The notes beneath the pieces are model-generated. The model was not told the DNA's origin. It worked only from the letters and a program-made list of their open reading frames with translations, and searched no databases. Below, piece after piece: positions 34,268-45,304 of a stretch of DNA of 45,685 nucleotides; within the stretch, counting starts at the first letter, position 1, and each line of letters begins with the position of its first letter. Source of the stretch: Octopus bimaculoides. Its lineage: Eukaryota. The position numbers were made by a program, and so were the translations under genes. Where the stretch lies: the NCBI RefSeq assembly GCF_001194135.2, contig NC_068997.1:35436758-35482442 (forward strand), written 5' to 3'.

Positions 34268-34369
34268 GAAATTTTGGATTTTATGGGATTTTCTGATTAC
34301 AAAAGAATGCAGTTGAGTGGCAAGGATGTCAGTTCATTGGCTACAATGGCTTTGAATAACTTTTCTAAG
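34268..34369 (+). CDS. CENPN: Internal coding exon (102 nt, phase 0/0), probable centromere protein N
   Basis: Branch-like CTTAC (34231), acceptor TTCATTCTATTTTTCCAG, donor AAG|GTAATT. EILDFMGFSDYKRMQLSGKDVSSLATMALNNFSK continues the first exon in frame and resembles recalled CENP-N KMDLRSRYLDSLKAIVFKQYN. Confidence 0.72.
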
Positions 34370-34524
34370 GTAATTTTTCATGATTTAGAATATCATAATT
34401 TTACATTAAATGAGTTTATTATTTCAGTGAGGGTAGTGAGATGACAGAATTGTTAGAACATGGGATAAAATGCCTTGCAGTATTTTTTCTCACTTTTTAC
34501 ATTCTAAGTACTTATTGAATTGAA

Positions 34525-35590
34525 GCAGAGCTATCAGTAGGGGCTGCTTGCAGCCTATGTCAATCTCTGTAAGGCATTTGAATTAGTGGACAGAGATGTC
34601 TTTTAGAGGATACTGAAGTTGTGAGGTATACCTCCTTAACTGATTAGGCTGATGACCTTATACACTGGAACAGTAATTGCAGTTTGAATTGAGGGTTCAA
34701 CATCTGACATTTTTACCCCCAGTTAGATCTGTTGTCTGTCAGTTGTGTCTTGGCTTCTATTCTGTTCAACCCGCATGGATTGGATACTTAGCAGAAAGGT
34801 GACTTGATCAAGTTGTGGTGCGCTAACTGGTAAAACTGGGATTACAAGCCTAGAATTTGCTGATGATGCAGTTGTTCTTGCTGAACCTCTGGATATCTTA
34901 AGGAGCACTCTGTTTTCATTGAGTGGGGAAGCAGAACCACTTGGCCTTAGAGTCTCTTGGGTGAAGACAAGGATCCAGTCCTTCATTGACTTCTTGGAAG
35001 AATCTATCTCGTCTGTCTCTGTTGAGATTTATAGTGGCATTAGTTGCAAGTTTAAAAAGACTTGGATGACCTGATGCAGTTGTGAACTCATTGGGCAAGG
35101 CTGTATGACACTGCCAATATCTGTGCAGGAGGACAAAGAGGTTCAGGTCTTTAAGTTTTTGGTCCTCCCTGAAGACTTGGACATGGTCTGGGGCCCTTAG
35201 GAAATGTCTGAACTGCTTTGATACCAGGAGGCTTCACATGGTTATAGGTTATTAGCCAGATTTTGTATGCAACCAACGACTCTACTCAGAAACTGGGATG
35301 TGTTCTATTATATAATTCAAGAGTGCCAGCTCAGACTGTTTGGCCATGTTGCTCAGTTTTCTGAGTTAGACCCTGCTTATCATGTTCTCTTCACTGAGGA
35401 TCTGGCTGGGTTGCTGGCTTGTGTTGGTCAACTATATGCCATGTGGTCAATGCAGATGAGGAGGTATTTTGTAGAGGCTAGGACTGACTGGGATTCTGCA
35501 TACTGTGTCACCTGAGAAGACCTAGGAATATACTGACAAATGGGGAATGAAGCAATGCACTGCAACAGTGCATGCCTCCACACCTGACCC
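34525..35590 (+). mobile_element. Degraded RTE-like LINE of a second family (no Cys-rich insert)
   Basis: AYVNLCKAFELVDRD, LEFADDAVVLAE, EAEPLGLRVSW.KT, QLRLFGHVA. Confidence 0.78.
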
Positions 35591-36416
35591 AATCATTTTG
35601 AACATATAATCTGCTAAGAGTATAGATTTAATCTCTACCTGTAATAAAAACTCAAGTAGATTAATGTTGTAGATCACAATGAAAGAGAAAAGATAGGATG
35701 GAATGAAAGAAATTTTCTACAGAAAATTTGTAAGAAATTCAAGAGTATGTGATCACTGACAAAATTTCAACTTAATGCTGCTGCTGAAATATATTTAAAT
35801 TCTTGATGATGATAGAGAAACAAAGAAAATCTAATCATTCAGTATGAAAAAGCGATTCATGAATATTATTCATATATGAGCCGATCAAAAACAGTGATGA
35901 ATTCATGATTATGTTAACATTTTTGCAAAGTTTCCCAGACCAAAGGTTGCAATGATTTACAGAGAGAGGAGCTATTGTAAAATAAGGAACAATGGAAGCT
36001 ATATTTTGCAACACAAAAGATGTTGCTGCGTTATAGAGTCTTTGTACTAAAAAGAATCAAATTCTACATAAAACTTGAAGGAACATAATGATAAAGTGTA
36101 AAAGAGAAACAAACATTTGTGTGATCTGTATACAAAGGAAACCTTGAACATTAATTTCATTAAGGATGAACCACTGAATTGAAAATCAGAAAAAGTTGCC
36201 ATGTGCAGGCATAAAATGCTTGAGACATGACTATATCACTTGCCAAATTCTAGAGGTAAATTCTGAACATATTATTTCATTGAACCTCATTAATTCAAAT
36301 ATGTCTTTTTTGTATGGTGTACATTTATATGTACATGTATATATATGTATGATGTACATGTATATATTTCTATACACATTCTAATAAATTTGTGTCTGTG
36401 TGTATGTATTGCTTTT

Positions 36417-36660
36417 TTAAAATAATGCCCACTTTTTCATGCTTGCATGTGTCTGATAGTTTATTGAACCAATTCTACAACCAGATGCTGTTTATGTTGC
36501 CAACATTCACCTGTATCCAAGCAAGGTAATAATTTCCCATGGCCAGACATGTACTTGCAGGATATTGGAAATGAGTGACATAACTTGTATGACAGTGATG
36601 CTCATTTATGACTATTACATCATGTCAAGGCAAATAGACACAAATATGTACACACTCAAA
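36417..36660 (-). mobile_element. Non-coding SINE-like repeat with RTE-type tail
   Basis: Reverse complement resembles 31262-31490 (GTCAAG..ACACAAA, AGACATG, CAAG..AATA blocks and tail hairpin). Confidence 0.55.
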
Positions 36661-36667
36661 CACGCAC

Positions 36668-36684
36668 ATTTACATACATATGTA

Positions 36685-36770
<86 letters not shown>

Positions 36771-36780
36771 TATATATTAT
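36668..36780. repeat. Compound TG/TA/TACA microsatellite
   Basis: Direct observation. Confidence 0.95.
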
Positions 36781-36913
36781 AATTTATATAAGGGCATATA
36801 AATTATTATATATATTTATGAAAAAAACGAGTTTTTTTCCTTATGGGGTTTTTTCACGCTGACTACTTGATAAATTCTTATAAAGATTTTATCCTATATT
36901 ATATTATATATAT

Positions 36914-37052
36914 NNNNNNNNNNNNNNNNNNNNNNNNNNNNNNNNNNNNNNNNNNNNNNNNNNNNNNNNNNNNNNNNNNNNNNNNNNNNNNNNNNNNNNN
37001 NNNNNNNNNNNNNNNNNNNNNNNNNNNNNNNNNNNNNNNNNNNNNNNNNNNN
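36914..37052. other. Assembly gap (139 N) between TA-rich microsatellites
   Basis: Run of N. Confidence 0.99.
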
Positions 37053-37055
37053 TAT

Positions 37056-37102
<47 letters not shown>

Positions 37103-37132
37103 CATACATGTATGTATGTATTTATGTATATA

Positions 37133-37310
37133 TTCTTTTCTCCTTTTACTTGTTTCACTCATTTGACTGCGGCCATACTGAAGCACCGCCTTTAGTCAAA
37201 CAAATTGACCCCAGGACTTATTCTTTGTGAGCCTAGTACTTATTCTATCAGTCACTTTTGCTGAACTGCTAAGTAGCATTGGTTGTCAAGCGATGGTGGG
37301 GGGACAAGCA
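37133..37310 (-). mobile_element. 3' half of the SINE family seen at 12828-13093
   Basis: Shares TTTACTTGTTTCA.TCATTTGACT..GCCAT.CTG.AGCACC.CCTTTAGT and TTGGTTGTCAAGC.ATGGTG. Followed by TA/TG/TATT tracts to 37423. Confidence 0.75.
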
Positions 37311-37325
37311 CAGACACACAAATAC

Positions 37326-37357
<32 letters not shown>

Positions 37358-37371
37358 ATGTATGTCTGTAT

Positions 37372-37406
<35 letters not shown>

Positions 37407-37423
37407 TGTATGTATTTATGTAT

Positions 37424-39170
37424 ATGAAGATATTTCCTCCGTCTGGCTGCTTTTCTCTCTACAAAATGGAAAGTTACATTGCGGAACAGTCATTTTTACA
37501 AGTTGTATTTTTTTATCAGCCGACTAGATACATCTGCACCACCGGATGCTCCTGAACCAGTTGTTGAGTTTCTCTTCCATGAAGAATCAATGTTAGATGT
37601 GTTGAAACAATTGTCATGACTAATAATAAATTCTCATATATTCTATCTTCAGTCTTTCATTTGTTATATACTTAACAATGACTGTGAAAGTGACTGTGCT
37701 TTACCAGTAAACTACCAGGTGTAAAGTATTTGTTTTATTATCCATTAACCACAACCAATTTCCGATTTCCGGGTGGAAGGTGCTATACGGTAGCGTACTA
37801 AGATGATGGATAAAATAACACTGGATGTTTCGCTAAAAGACATATCTGTACCCAGTAGGAAGGCTTATATACACGATCTTTTGGAGAAAATGAACCAATT
37901 TGTACGTAGAATGCAGTGGAAAGTTTTCTTTTTTGACAAGGAGCTTAAACCAAACAACAAACCTGAACATGGTGACCTACTAAGAAAAGTATTCATATCT
38001 AGAAGGAACCCACCTTCTAGATATGAACACCTAACTAGATTTGAAGAAGAATTATATAGTATAGTCAAGAATGTGAAGTTCAGGAAGTACCCTAGAAGGT
38101 GTAGTATACATCAACAGAAAATCAGAAAATTACTTATCAACTTCAAGAAAGTTCTGGGGATACTTATACCAGTGGACAAAACAAATAACATTTATATTGT
38201 TAATATTGAGCTAAATAAATCTGTGATTAGGAAGGAATTATGCAGCAAATATAGACATGCTAGTAACAACGTATTAAAAAGAATAACAATACAGGGCTAC
38301 AAATCATCAGAGATCTAGCCATAGATGATACAACCGAACCCTACGTCCCTCGAAAACCCCAGATTATACTTAATGACTTAACTTTCTTATTGACCCCTCA
38401 GTTAGTAACAGAGGATCTATATTAGGGATGACGCCTTATTTTTTCTAGACAGAAGTAATAAAATACAGTTAGAAAGGCATAGAAAAAATTTCTTTAGACT
38501 TTTCAAAAATTTAGGACTAAACATTACTATAGGTTAAGATTATCGTAGAGTGAATTTACTTGATGCTACCTTCTGTCTTGATATTGGATTATTTGGACTA
38601 TTTCATAAGCTAAATGATCATATTAAGTACATTAATGTAGCGTCCAACCATCCACCCTCAATTATACAGGGACTAGTTAAGAATCTCTAGATTATCTGCT
38701 AACAATAAAATTTTTGAATCTCATGCAATTTATTATAATGCTGCTCTAGCTAGGGCTGGGTATCATGAAAAAATTCTATATATACAAGAAGCAGGCATAC
38801 ACAACACTGGTAATTCCTCCAACTGTGATGCACATTGTATACCACCACAACGTTACTGTTTGAGAACTCACTCAGATAAAGAATACAGGCCAGAAAGAAT
38901 TGGTCATATCTATGAACTTCCAACGAAAACTCATAGACACACAAGACTTCATAATTCATCTGCTTGTTCCAATCCTGTACAACACACTCAGTCAAAAAAG
39001 CCTAACAACAGATATAGGAATCAAGATGTCCTCTGGTTCAACCTGATTTGTATGTTTCAACCAAGATCGCTGGAAAATTTTTTGCTGCTTTGGACAAGTG
39101 TTTTCCTGCTCTTTTCATTAAATCCTCGCACCATTTCCTTTAAACTAGCTTCCGGTTGCATCTATATGTT
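37424..39170 (+). mobile_element. Penelope-like retroelement (Naiad-type by motif recall), internally deleted
   Basis: Upstream pLTR 37424-37663. ORF 37803-38318 SLKDISVPS..FVRRMQWKVFFF, then RDD, NLGLNITI, YINVASNHPP, YYNAAL.RAGY, VLWFN, LDKCFP. Most of the RT and the GIY-YIG domain are absent. Confidence 0.8.
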
Positions 39171-39563
39171 TTAAAATCCTGTCCCAAGTGCTTCCCACCA
39201 TTCCATTTTCTCACATTCTTGTCCAGTCGCCAAATGATGATTATGCATTGCTAAGCTAAGCTAAGTCTCGTTTCAATCCTTCATTCACTCATTCGCCATT
39301 AACACTTTAAATGTATTGTTCACTACTTAAATGTACTGTTTACTAACAGCTAATTTTCTCAGAAGCTAACTAATTAAATTAGGATAATTACTCGTCTCTT
39401 GGCCTGTTTAATTTCATATTCCTTGTTTCTCAAGTTTAATTTCTCATCCACCATGAACACTATAAATGTCTACTATACTAAACACCCCAGCTACTTACGT
39501 TAGATCCTCCTACCATTTCCCCAAATTAAACTCGTTTTTTTGTGGTGTGCCTACCCTGTCCCG

Positions 39564-39701
39564 CCCCCACCACCAATACCAGATATCTCGATCTTTACCC
39601 CCACCACCAATACCGGATATCTCGATCTTTACCCTGATCACCATCTCCACCGGATATCTCTCTCTCTACCCACCACCATTACTTGATATCTCTTCTCTCC
39701 A
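39564..39701. repeat. 34 bp tandem repeat (2 near-identical plus 2 degenerate copies)
   Basis: CCCCCACCACCAATACC(A/G)GATATCTCGATCTTTA at 39564 and 39598. Confidence 0.9.
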
Positions 39702-40387
39702 CTGCTCCTCCTCACTGGGCTGTTCTCTATATATTACTTGCACTCTCTCTCTCTCTCTCCTGGGAAATATGCAACTAACTCAGTTGCCCTTCATTTCGTT
39801 CCATTCTGTCTAGCAATTTCTCACCACCGTTACCAGATGTCTCTTCTCTCCATCCCCCTTCCTCTCTGGTGCTGTTCTCTATACTACCTGCACCCCAACT
39901 CCCTCCCCGAAAAACGCAACTGGGTTAGCTGCCCACCTACTTAACCAACTATCATTCGTTCCGTTTCGTCCCATCTAGAAATATTCCAACAACTACCCAG
40001 TAATTTTCCATGTACATATCAATTGCAGGAGACAGCTAATGGGTTGTACATGTGTGCTTGTTCGCCTGTGTCTGTGTGTATGCATGGATGAACTTGCTTT
40101 CTCTCTCTGTGTCTGAAATCACCCCCTCTTACGACGACCATAATGCTTATATTCACAATGGATGAACTTGCTTCCTCTCTCTGTCTGAAATCACCCACCC
40201 CGACTGACTCCTTTACAATGACCATAATGCTTATAATCACAATGCCATGAACACCTAATCCTACCTTTAGTAGTGGCTACGATCTTAATCCTAACACCCT
40301 TGAATGTTTGAATGATGTCAGGTCGGAAGTGAGAACAGATGACGCATACCTAAAAAACGAACACGACAACCTCCCTCTTCTTTTCAG

Positions 40388-43252
40388 GCACTGAATAACT
40401 TCTCTCCTCCCCAAGCCTCACCCCACATTCCTTTCCCAGTTTTCAGAGTTGGCACAGTCAATGTAGGCATACTGAAAGGTAGGTCTAGTGAGATTGTAGA
40501 GATGCTTGAAAGGAGACGTGTCGATGTATGCTGCATACGAGAGGTAAAATGGAGAGGAGCTTCAGCTAGGGTCCTCACAGGCAAGGCACATAGGTACAAA
40601 ATCTTCTAGCAAGGAAACACAGATGGAGTAGGGGGTGTAGGCATACTCTTTGCAGAGAAATGGGTAGATAAAGTCATAGAGGGTATGTGATAGAGTGCTT
40701 AAGCTTAGGCTAGTCCTGCAGAACAGCACAGCTACAATTATCTCTGCCTACTCCCCACAAGTGGGCCTACCAAATGATCAGAAGGACCATTTTTATGATA
40801 CCCTTCTACAGACTACCTCGAAGACAAGTGGCAATGACCTCATCTTTGTGGTTGGAGATTTTAATGGGCATGTTGGGCAGAAATCCGATATCTTCACTGG
40901 TGTACATGGGGGCCATGGTATTGGTTCCCGAAACAATGAGGGAACTAGGCTACTGGAGTTCTGTGATGCATGTAACCTTTTAATCTGCAACACCAATTTC
41001 AGGAAACCAGACAGCCACCTGATAACCTATCAATCAGGTGACTGCTAGCCAGATTGATTTCATCCTCACCAGACAGCGGGACACAGGGTTGCTCTTAAAT
41101 ACAAAGACCCTCCCAGGTGAAGAATGTACCCCCCCAGCATAGATTAGTCATTAATGACTTTAGGCTTGAGGCCAGAAGGATACCAAGAAGCAGACCAATC
41201 CGAAAAAGAAGGATTTCGAAGCTAAAGAACCCTTCACACGGTCTGAGATTTAGGAACATCCTCATCAAGAAATTTGATGCGAGGGAGGAGGAGGAGCTAC
41301 AGACATCGGACATTGAAGGTAACTGGAAATTCCTACAGGACAGCTTACTGAGTGCCACAGACCAAGTCTGCAGATGGTGCAAAGTCCCTTCCAGACCTAG
41401 AGTTATGTGCTGATGGAATAGTACAGTAGACAAAGCCATTAGAGCAAAGAAACAGGCCTGGATGGGTGGGGGTAGCAGGGAACTGTACCAGGTAGCCAAA
41501 AGAGAGGCTAGGCGACAGGTATACATAGCCAAGGATGAAACAGAAAAGAAGAAGTTTGCCAATGTCCAGTGACGTGAGGACCAAAGTACTGAGGTATTTC
41601 GGATTGCAAGACAGTGTGTGAGCGAAAGTTGTGATGTCACAGGAGAGAAATGTGTCCGCATGGATGATGGTGCACTTGCTTTTAATGATTTGGAAAAGAA
41701 AGAGGCTTGGAGAAGCCATTATGAAAGAATGTGGAGAATGAATGGGAGGAGAGCCTTCCAAATGTTGACCCAGCTATTCGAATAGACACCTCCCTTGTAG
41801 ATTAAAGGTATGAAGCCAGGAAAAGTCCCCTGCCCATCAGGAATCACTGCTGAGATGCTTAAAACATCTGGTCGTGTGGGATATGGCTTCATCACCTGCA
41901 TTGTAAACCAGGTAGTTCATGATGGAGTCATACCCAATGACTGACATAGAAGCACCATAGACAACTGCTACAAGGGTAAAGGTGATGCTCTAGATAGAAA
42001 TAAGCACAAGGGTATCAAACTGCTGGATCAAGTGATGAAAGTCACGCAGAGGGTCATAGCCCAACTAATTAGGGAGAGAGTCTGCTTAGATGAGATGCAG
42101 TTTGTTTTTGTGCCAGGGAGAAGCACCAACGATGCTATATTCCTGGTTTGACAACTGCAGGAGAAATATCTAGCTAAAGATAAACCCTAATACTTAGCTT
42201 TTGTGGACTTAGAGAAAGCCTTTGACAGGGTCCCCTGATCCCTTATCTGGTGGGTGATGCGGAAACTGGGGATTGACAAATGGTTAATAAGGGTTATACA
42301 GGCCCTATACAGAGAGGCCATTAGGTTAGGATTGGCAATGAGTATAGTGAAGAATTCCGCGTAGTAGTAGGGGTCCACCAAGGTTCAGCCCAAAGTCCCC
42401 TTTTATTCATCATAGTCTTCTAGGCAATAACAGAGGAATTCAAGACAGGTTGCCTCTGGGAGCTCTTCTATGCTGATGAACTGGCCCTCATAGCAGAACC
42501 ACTACCAGAACTAGAAAAGAAATTCCGGGTGTAGAAGCAAGGTTTAGAATCAAAAGATCAAAGTTCTAGTAAGTAGGAAGTCGAAAACATCACACACCCA
42601 CTCAGGTAGGTGGCCCTGCTTGATGTGTAGAAAAGGTAGGTAGAAACTTCATAAGATGTACTCAGTGTAAGCTATGGACACAAGAGGTGCAGCAACATCA
42701 AAGGAAGATTAACTGAGAAGATAGCTTTCATGTGCGGCAGATGCACAGGGGCAATAAACACCACAGATGCTCAGAAAATAGATTCCATCACACTCCAGGG
42801 GGAGAAACTAGAAGTAGTTGATAGCTTCCGCTGCCTAGGTGACCAAGTTAGTAGTGGGGGGTGGATGCTCAGAGAGTGTTACCACTAGAATAAGAATAGC
42901 CTAGGCACAGTTTAGAAAGCTTCTACCCCTACTGGTGACAAAGGGTCTCTCACTGAAAGTGAAAGGTAGATTGTACGATGCATGTGTGCGAACTGCCATG
43001 CTTCGTGGCAGTGAAACATGGGCCGTGACTGGAGGACATGCGTAGGCTCAAAAGAAATGAAGCTAGCATGATCCGTTGGATGTGTAATGTCAGTGTGCAC
43101 ACACGACAGAGTGTAAGCGCCTGAGAAAAATGTTGGACAGAAGAAGCATAGGATGTGGCGTGCAAGAGAGACGTTTGCACTGGTATGGTCATGTACTACG
43201 GATGGACGAGAGCTGTGTGAAGAAGTGCCACTCCCAAACATTTCAAGGAATC
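40388..43252 (+). mobile_element. Near full-length degraded RTE LINE lacking its 3' UTR and tail
   Basis: FRVGTVNVG..VDVCCIREVKW, SAYSPQVGL, GDFNGHVG, LLEFCDACNL, YADE at 42469-42480, Cys-rich insert, SETW, WYGHV. Closely similar to 3543-3868. Confidence 0.93.
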
Positions 43253-43662
43253 TGTATGCTCACATTTTTGCAGATGCTTGTATGAGTGAGTGTACTTGCG
43301 CTATGCAGTTTGCCTGAGAGTATTTATACATCCATATATGCTAACGGTTATTTTTAATACTTTTATTGCTGGATTGATTCTCTTTTTGCCATCTGTGATT
43401 TTATTTTTGTTCTTCTATATAAATGAAGATATTTCCTCTGTCTAGCTGCTTTTCTCTCTACAAAATGGAAAGTTACTTTGAGGAACAGTCATTTTAATGA
43501 ATTGTATTTATTTATCAGACGACGAGATACATCCGCACCACCGGATGCTCCTGAACCAGTTGTTGAGTGTCTCTTCCAAGAGGAATGAATGCTAGATATG
43601 TTGAAATAATTGTCATGATTAACAATAAATTCTCTTATATTCCATCTTCTGTATTTCATTTG
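43253..43662 (+). mobile_element. 3' terminal region and pLTR of the Penelope-like element
   Basis: 43423-43662 is a 240 bp direct repeat of 37424-37663 (about 90% by eye) ending at a (TA)n tract. Confidence 0.75.

Positions 43663-43704
<42 letters not shown>
43663..43704. repeat. (TA)n microsatellite
   Basis: Direct observation. Confidence 0.95.
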
Positions 43705-43705
<1 letters not shown>

Positions 43706-44640
43706 CTAGCAGTATAGCCCGATGTTGCCCGGGATTAAGCTACGATTATTAAGTGATCAAGTGCTTTATTTCAAACCAAAATAAGTAACATCGACATCAA
43801 ATTTGAGCGAAATCCATTGAAATTGGTTTGGCTGAAAATGGTTTGCTGGCAATTTGATTGGGAAATCTCATAAGGAATTAGTTTATCGGTTATTTCCACT
43901 CATTGACTGTTTTTTTTTTAAAGTTGCATTAGAGATCTGCATAGGAGAAGGTTGATCTGAAGGTTTGCATTGGAGATCTGGATTGGAGTAACTTAGGAAA
44001 ACTTACCAACAGCCTTAACCAGAAAATAAGGGGCCTGTCCCTTCCTGGTTAATTCTATGAGCAACTTAGGCAATCACTGATATCAGCATTATTGTTGGAG
44101 AAGTCAGCATTGTCCAATAAAAAGAGGAAGAGTGTATAAGTCATGTTGCCATGGTTTGAGAATATGTCCAGCCGATGCTTCCGGATCATTGTTTATAACC
44201 ACATCGACTGCAATGACAACTTGTCTATAAAACTTCGCTATAGACAACATTGCATGTTCTGCCCTGAAGAGCATACACAAAAAGAGCATTTCTACTACCC
44301 ACCTAAAGTTGCCCATGTGAAAAGCATGGATGCCTGCCACCGGTGTGCTGAAATCCTCGGAATTTCACTCCCCCAACACATTGATCTTTTCACCATCTAT
44401 TTTTCAATGTATGGGAAAAATACGGAGATTAAGAATATGGATAATTTTTTTTTTAATCTCAAATTTACCATGAAAAACTCCAGCTAAATTTTAGATAACA
44501 CTTGCGCGATTTTCACTAAGAAAAAAATAAATCGGATTTTTTGCGTGGAATCAACTATCCTGGCCTGCTAATATGCTACAAAACCTTTTATGTGGTCTGA
44601 AAAACGGGTTGGGGTGTGGTGGAAGCCTCAGAAAGTTTAA
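43706..44640 (-). mobile_element. Helitron 3' end with RepHel helicase C-terminal remnant
   Basis: Minus strand 44326-44225 reads CFSHGQL*VGSRNALFVYALQGRTCNVVYSEVL*. Terminal hairpin CCCGGGCAACATCGGG (43718-43733) lies 8 nt from CTAG|T. Confidence 0.85.
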
Positions 44641-45304
44641 ATCACATTGGCCTTTTCCGTAAAAAGTGTTGGAGGGAAAGAGGGAAACGACGTCGTAAAA
44701 GCGAAAGAGATAGAGAGAGCGCGATTTCTTTTGAAGTTGGCATGTGTGTGTGTGTGTGTGTAATGTTGCTGCTGTGTGTATGTGTGAGAGAGGGAGAGAG
44801 AGAGATAACTAAAATTATTTTTATTTCCTTTTTATAGTGAGTATGCGAGACAGAAAGTGTGGTGAAGTTCTTTTGTTAGTGAGAGAGAGTGAGGTTATGT
44901 ATGTATGTATGTATGAATGGCTACAGCGACACACACAGGTTGTTATGTATGTGTAACTGAATCCATTCACACACACACACATACATAACAACCTGCATTT
45001 GTGTGTGTGTGTCACTGTAGCCATTCATACATACATAACCTCTCTGTCTCACACTAACAATAGAACTTCACCACACTCTCTGTCTCGCATACTCACTATA
45101 AAAAGGAAATAAAAATAATTTCAGTTATTTCTCTTTCTTTCTCTCTCTCCCTCTCTCTCACACATACACACACCAGCAACATAACACACACACACACACG
45201 TCAACTTCAAAAGAAATCGCGCTCTCTCTATCTCTTTCGCTTTTACAACGTCAATTCCCTCTGTCCCTCCAACACTTTTTACGGAAAAGGCCGATGTGAT
45301 GTAA
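44636..45304. repeat. About 670 bp palindrome containing mirrored microsatellites
   Basis: 44641-44740 versus reverse complement of 45201-45300: 94/100. Pairing continues inward to a loop of about 13 nt at 44955-44967. Confidence 0.95.

Noticed and set aside
36485-36525. Possible exon ending AAG|GTAATA
   Set aside because: Lies inside the antisense SINE-like repeat 36417-36660.
36565-37555. ORFs rich in YI/CV/IYLF repeats and X
   Set aside because: Translations of microsatellites and the N gap.
37575-37620. Hammerhead ribozyme in the Penelope terminal repeat (GAAACAATTGTC at 37604-37615, variant at 43603-43614)
   Set aside because: The palindromic stem III and GUC are suggestive, but both copies lack the C of CUGANGA and I cannot form stems I and II.
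40388-40405. Peptide ALNNFS occurs both at the end of the second exon and right after the RTE acceptor-like site
   Set aside because: Only 15/18 nt identity. Matches of this strength are expected by chance in 45 kb of AT-rich DNA, and there is no flanking homology.
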